A stretch of DNA of 59,021 bases, counting the filler, from Platydemus manokwari (taxonomy: Eukaryota), in NCBI GenBank assembly GCA_037951405.1. It is 5 parts of 5 records of this genome, joined end to end, with 100 filler letters (N's around TTAATTAATTAA, not from the genome) between each part and the next. Parts side by side here need not be neighbours in the genome. Positions count along the whole stretch, not along the records: positions 49,733 to 59,021 come from JBBMOY011271540.1; 4 more parts are not named here. The stretch is one strand, 5' to 3'. Numbering within the stretch: the stretch's first letter is position 1; each line of letters opens with the position of its first letter. Both the position numbers and the translations under genes were made by a program. The notes beneath the pieces were generated by a model. The model was given only the letters and a program-made list of their open reading frames with translations, did no database searches and was not told where the DNA came from. Below are positions 52,795 to 59,021 of the stretch, in pieces.

Positions 52795-53332
52795 TGTTGG
52801 GTTATTAACAATAATTTGAATCTGAAAATCTATATTAACTAAAATAATACACTCAAAGTCTCAATAATAACAATAACAAATCCTTAAGTAATTCACAAAG
52901 AAAATCATTCAAGATGGGGTCAGCGCTCGAAAGTTAAAAACAGAATGAAGAGTAATCAAAAAGACTGATTACTAAAATCACACACTGATCAAAAAAGAAT
53001 GGCAAGAATCCATGGAATTCATCTCTTTTAAAAATCCATTTGGTGTGCTTGCTTGATGTCGCGGATCTTTGTTTTCAATTCGCTGAATTTGTTTGTAGAT
53101 CGAATTACTTGAGATTTTCCTTATATCTCTTATGTCATTGGCGGATATTTGAGCTTGCTGTCGTTTGTAGGTATGTGCTTGTCGATTCTTAGCTTCTGAA
53201 TATGGATTAACATTAGTGCGAATCTGATTAGTTAACGACGCGTTTGTTTATCGGGTTTATGCATATTGAGTGGTTTTAGAGTTTTTCCTTGGTTCTTGAG
53301 ATCCTTTTGACTGATTTGTGATATACCCAACA
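52795..53332. mobile_element. Solo-LTR-like element, 538 bp
   Basis: Inverted termini TGTTGGGT...ACCCAACA. Flanked by (AAT)n and (CAA)n runs, so any TSD is obscured. Confidence 0.35.
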
Positions 53333-53415
53333 ACAACAACAACAATAATAAATTTTTACTATAAATGATTATAATTTGAAAATGTTGTCAATTGTTACCT
53401 TTTTTCATTTAATAG

Positions 53416-56400
53416 GTGCTCAAAGATTTTTCTGACGGGCTTCGTGGTGATATTGCTATCCACTTAAATCGAGAAGTTCTTGGTTTAAAGGTGTTCGAGA
53501 AAGCTAATCAGGGATGCTTAAAAGCTTTGGCTCAAAAAATAAAAATGGCATTTTGTACTCCCGGAGAATACCTCGTACATACTGGAGATATTCTTCATTA
53601 TATTTATTTTGTATGCAGTGGATCACTGGAAATTTTGGAAAATAATGAAGTCGTTGCATTGTTAGGTAAGAATGATAATTTTTATTATAGGCATATCACG
53701 TATTACATTATCTATAGGTAAAAACGATTGGTTTGGTACATACGTTGACCATTTACAATCATACAATGTGATACGATCTCGTTGCGATGTAAAAGCACTC
53801 ACATATTGTGATTTGCAATGCATTGAGCTCGCTGGTATGCAAAATATATTTCTTTTATACCCATCTTTCAAAACATTATTCTCAAAGTTTCTCTATCAAG
53901 ACCTTTCTTTCAATATTCAAGAAGGAGCGGTTAGAGTTGCAGTATTATATTTTTTTTCAATTTATCAATAATTCGTTTAACAAATTTTCGTTTCATGTAT
54001 GATTATTTCTTTCAAGATTTTTCACTGAGACTGCTTTGGAATCTAATCAAAGTCGGTATATAATACCATCGGAAAAACAATAATTTTGACAAAGTTCAAA
54101 CAAAAATTAATAAATATTTATTATTGAATTTTAAATTCACCAATAAATGATAGTGGTTTTATAGTGACAATATATCTTTAAATTTCTTTTGAAATTAATA
54201 ATTGGACATTTATCTGCGATATGTAATATCTTTTTCACATCGATTTAGCTAACAAAATTTAATCACAATTATTAAAAATTTCAAAACCCAAAATCGAATA
54301 TCTTTTAATGACATTAAACTCGGTAATATCAGATGAACTTGCTTACTACTAATCTGAACCGAGTGGTGTGTGGATTTCCAATAATGGTGATACTAATCGA
54401 GCATGTAAATCAATGAATTTTGGTCTCTAATGAATTTCAAATATTATTCCCATTTCTACTTTGATGGATATCTGTTGGTAATTAATAAGGATAACATAAA
54501 AATCATAAAAATTATGTGTAATATACAATAAATTAGTATGTGTGTATATATTGATTATTGATATTGAAATATAAGAGAAATAATATAATTCAATGTCAAG
54601 AAATATTTTCGGTTTAAATTTAAGACTTAATTATCGTTTGAAAAATTCTAATATAAATATGTTGGGAACTAAACTGTGAATAATCAAATAATTACTGAAA
54701 AAGGTTGTAAGCTTTATTTCTAATTCACGTACTAATCAGTACGACTCTCAAAGTAACACAAAAATACATTCAAAACTTGGTTTCAACTAGCATAGTTACT
54801 ACTCAGTATGACCATAAAACTCAATACAATATCTCAAAAACACAATCAATACCTGGCTTCCAACTGGTAGTTGGTCATCTTTACATTGGTACTTATACTT
54901 AAGATCTGTGTGTAATTTTTGTGTCACGTTTGTATCACGTTTTGATTTGATCTTTACTTTCTCATATTTCTATTGGGTTTATTGTTTTTGTAAGTGCGGA
55001 ATTAGTCAATCTCTAAGTGTGTGTGTTGTTTTATGGCTATGTCCCTTTTTCCATTTATCGTTTTCCATTTAAGTCAGCTATGATTGGTTGATTACCATGC
55101 CTGTATGATCGCCTAGGCACGCAAATGTTTAAAATGTTAAAGCAAGGGTTCCAAGGTACAAATCCGTTTTTCTTTTGCAAGATTTCGACTCACTCAACAA
55201 ACATAACGTTGAAATGTCTAATTTAAAATTTTTATTTGAGATATAACAATATTTCGGTTTATGGTTTCTTCAATAAATTACATAAAAATCAAGTAGGAAT
55301 TTTTATTGATTTTCTGTCATTTATTGGAATGTATTCTTCACAATAAAACAATTATTATTATCAAAATTGTTCTAAAATAATTGAAAATGAAAATAAATGA
55401 TATTAATCTCTTTGACATTGATTAAATTTGAAAAAAAAATGCAGTGAAGAATGATAAAAATATTTCATTTGATTATTTGTTCCAGTTAGTATTTCATTTC
55501 TAATAAATCCAATCAGACATTTCATGTGTCTTCGATATTAACCCTTTGATTTGCATCAACCAATTATTGACATAATTGATTTATTCAAAGATATGGACCT
55601 ATTCACTTATCTTTATTTATTCTTGTAGATTATGAGCAAGCATTAATCTTATAATTATTTTGCTAGCATCTTGATTTATTTTCAACCGAAAGAAAGTTTT
55701 TAATCCAAAAGAAAACTAGATCACTTATATATACGAATAAGTCAAACCCATTTGCCACTGTTCGCGAGTTTAGAAATTAATTGGAAAAATGTGAGTATTT
55801 AAACTATAAGAGGGTATTTTTACAAAAAATGGTACCTGATAAATGACGATCTGTGTATTAAAAAGATATCAAAAATCGATATATTTTAGTTATTAATTAT
55901 GAAAATCAAAGGCATAGTGCAATTTTCTCGGAATAATCTTTATTGTAAATGAAGTCTTTAGAGCTTATGTTTGTTCAAAGCACAAACATTGTCGACCAAA
56001 TTTAATTTAGAATTTCAAATAGTTAAAATATCTGATTATTTGAGGAATCATATAATGAAAAGAAAGATGAATGTAAATTCGGTATTCAAAATATATCCAT
56101 TCTATTGAACATCAATATGTTAATATTTATTTATGGCCAAGCTTTAAATCATACACCAAATAAGGTTATATCATAGAAAATATGAGAGTTTATAAAGTTA
56201 TAAGCTATTAATGATCAAGTAGGAAATCAGCAAATGTTATTGTGTGGGATTAGCTGATTAAAAATATTCAATCACAACAGGTAAACTGAAGCTAAACCGC
56301 AAATTATTATTATCAATTACCACTTCACCATAGATACCTATTATCATTGGGTCCATTGTAGCACACTCATCATATTGTGGCTATCTATTTATTTCAAATA

Positions 56401-58448
56401 AATTTACTTTTTAATATTTTTTGGGGGATCCTTCAATTTATTGATATGCATACATTCGTACGGTTTTATCTGTTGCAAAGAAACCACACGAACTTGTTGT
56501 TTTGACTGATTTGAGTTATATACATTCAGCTGAATTATCTATTTAAATCGTTTTAGACTAACTTTTACTTTCTTTGTCCTCATTAAAATGGAGTGTCAGG
56601 TAGCTAAAAATGACCATTTCCGGCATCTACTCCTTTCCTATTTTATAATCATTTAAAAGCTGCAGAAGCTATCAGAATTATTTGTTGCGTTTATAGGGAA
56701 AAGGTAGTCAGTGAAAGAAAAGCACAAAAGTGATTTTCGAAATTTAACAGTGCAAATTTTTATTTAAACAACGCACATCGGTCAGACCAACCTTGTGACT
56801 ATGAAGAAAACTGTTTTAACCAATTGGTTCATGATGATCCGCGCCAATCGAGTCGAGCGCTTTGACAAGCCATAAAGCGTGATCACACCACTATTAATCG
56901 ACATTTCACCTTCACAAAGAAAGTCAGGAAAATCAGCGTATTTCGATTTCTGCATCTTTATTCCATGTCGAACCATCTTTCTGGTCTCACTTTTGAAAAC
57001 AAAGTAGCAATAACAACGTGGATTGAAGAATTTTTCGACCGAAAATCACCAAGCTACTTCAAACATGGGATTGACAAACCGCCAGAACAGTGGAAGGAAT
57101 TGTTCGATTGTAGCGGAGAGTATCTCACGGATTGAGACTGAGATATTTGTTTTTACTAATGATCATTTCATAAATTCATTTTGCTATCTGGAATTTTTTG
57201 CATGGTTTTTATTCTTGATCAGTATGCATTTTTAATAATTGTAAAAAGCCGCACGAACTTATATGCACCAAACCAATATAAATATGTTAAACTATTAAAA
57301 AGAAATGTTAAATCTGTTACATATTTAAGGTTAATTAGTTTGAATTTGTTTTCCTTTTATTGAAATTAAAATTTAAAATTAAGAATTCTTCTAAAATTAA
57401 AACATTAAAAAATTACCTGAAGTCATTACTAAATCATTAGGATCTGGAATTCTCAATACAATATACACATCAATTTGTAGACATAATATCTGAAATTATA
57501 TGAATTAGAGCCATTTTGAACTAATATTGAACCAGCCAACACTTATACAATACATAATAAACATGTATATCAGAATTATATTCTTAAATAAGCCTAAAAT
57601 TCAAATTCATAATGCTGATTTGATTTGAACATCAATTGGAATAGAGTACTCGAAATTTAATATAATAAAATATTTCCTTTGGATTTAAACCAAACATAAA
57701 CATAATCAAAATATTATCTACTTTCCAATGTATTGATTAAATTGATTTTGAATAATTTTGAATAATTCATTGTCGTACTATGTTGAAACAACAATTGTAT
57801 AGCTAAATCCGATATTATATGTGAAAAAAATAAATCGTATAGTTAAATTGAAAAGATGATAAATATGAATTTTTCAATTTAAGCATTAACGATTACCGAT
57901 TTATCGTTATTTCAAACTTTGCTATTCCACAGAACCATCGATTTGATTGTGATAGTTCCGCGAATTCTGGAATTGCCGTTTTACCAAGCATATCAGAAGA
58001 TGATGATGAATATTCCATCGAAGAAAGTGAAAGTTGTTTAGAAGATCAAAATAGTCCTGTTCACAGTGAAGACCATACATGCCTGATACAAGAAGCATCA
58101 AACAGTGATCACATTGTCAATTCACTCAAATTACAAAAACAAAACCAGTAATATTTGTAAAAATGAAATTCGATTTGGTTTCATGTTGTATATATTTTAG
58201 TAAAAACAAAGGAAAAAGGAAGCAGACCTCAAATAAATTGAACAGTAAACTGAATCGATCAACATCATCACCAGTGCTTATTTCTCAAAATGCTGAATTA
58301 GAAGTCAATATGAGTAAAAGATTTCAAGAAAAATTGGATAGTGAACCATTACCAAGAGACGTTTTAAAACACGAAATTGCTCGCAACAGAAGAAGGAGTT
58401 TCGAGTTGTCTAGAAAACGTCAGACAAATTACAGTGTTTATTCTGCAG
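53416..58448 (+). CDS. elk: ELK-subfamily (KCNH3/4/8-like) voltage-gated K+ channel, partial. Exons 53416-53665, 53718-53929, 57933-58147, 58201-58448; 5' and 3' exons not seen
   Basis: C-linker/CNBHD VLKDFSDGLRGDIAIHLNREVL..QGCLKALAQKIKMAFCTPGEYLVHTGD..YFVCSGSLEIL..VALLGKND..DVKALTYCDLQCI..DLSFNIQEG, followed by the ELK-like LPSISEDD motif. Phase-compatible GT-AG introns of 52, 4003 and 53 nt, and a further donor at 58449. Confidence 0.9.
54660..55199. mobile_element. Solo-LTR-like or foldback element in the ELK intron, 540 bp
   Basis: TGTTG...CAACA termini, A-rich then T-rich halves and an internal CCAACT-GGT-AGTTGG hairpin. No clean TSD. Confidence 0.3.
56439..57280 (+). mobile_element. 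Internally deleted mariner transposon inside the ELK intron
   Basis: ATG at 56588: MECQVAKNDHFRHLLLSYFYNHLKAAEAIRIICCVYREKVVSERKAQK*FSKF..DDPRQSSRAL..HTTINRH (mariner HTH region), fused near 56940 to HLYSMSNHLSGLTFENKVAITTWIEEFFDRKSPSYFKHGIDKPPEQWKELFDCSGEYLTD* (stop 57135). 3' TIR CCGCACGAACTTATATGCACCAAACCAATA+TA; degraded 5' TIR near 56439-56467. Confidence 0.88.
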
Positions 58449-59021
58449 GTAATTACTTTGTTTTTGGACTTTTATTGCAATGATAAAATCTTTTTTCTTA
58501 GTTTTTAAATTGAGTTTTCTTCCTCCAAATATTGCTCTAATAAATCCATTAATTTTAATTAGAATCAAATTAATAAAATTAATTTCTGACAAAAAATTTG
58601 ATTTCATTTGTTCTGTGTCGATTTATTTCTCATTTTGTTGTATAGATATAAAGTAAAAATGAACCCAATGTTAATAGGTTTTATTATCAGATTATATCAA
58701 TTTGACGACATATTAATACACCGATGATTGTTCATATCATTTATTAATACATATTTAATCTCGAGAAAGTTACGTGTCTCTTGCTTCCTTCTACAAATTG
58801 AGTTTCATACAATGATATTTTTTAGAATGTTGAATAATTTTACGAGATTCATCTTTAAACATCATAACAGAATCCTATATAAATAGCTTATAGTATAATT
58901 TTCCTTTTTTGTCATTCAGTTAGTATACTGTAATAATAGAATTTTTCTATTATTATCATAAATAAAATAAATTATTTCTAAATATTTCAAACACCTCTTC
59001 GAATCTAAATTAATATATATA

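Noticed and set aside
55070-55170. tRNA or tRNA-derived SINE
   Set aside because: Only faint A-box and B-box resemblance; no cloverleaf could be folded.
1-59021. Alternative genetic code (TAA/TAG or TGA reassigned) to explain the many interrupted reading frames
   Set aside because: CK1, midasin, ELK, GPCR and MTERF4 translate cleanly in the standard code, use CAA/CAG and TGG normally, and the complete ones end in TAA or TGA. The relics also contain frameshifts.

Overview
AT-rich eukaryotic (metazoan) genomic scaffold with spliceosomal GT-AG introns, mostly 45-90 nt. It is not prokaryotic. The compact introns and divergent proteins would fit a reduced or parasitic invertebrate, but I cannot assign the species from sequence alone. 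Four artificial 100-bp gap blocks (44N-TTAATTAATTAA-44N) split it into five contigs. Genes I can reconstruct exon by exon: casein kinase 1 delta/epsilon (-, 3' end unresolved), midasin/MDN1 (-, AAA3 to MIDAS, 5' part lost at a gap) and the C-terminal part of an ELK-type KCNH potassium channel (+). Single-exon ORFs: a divergent rhodopsin-family GPCR (-), a 1290-aa orphan (+) and MTERF4 (+). Intergenic DNA holds decayed mariner and hAT elements, a hAT MITE with a perfect 8-bp TSD, LTR-like relics and eroded coding relics. I found no convincing new biological system. The best leads are the loss of the AAA6 insert in midasin, the orphan protein with clustered LC8-type TQT motifs, its operon-like 123-bp junction with MTERF4, and the motif-degenerate GPCR. 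All homolog comparisons are from recalled family sequences, not database searches.
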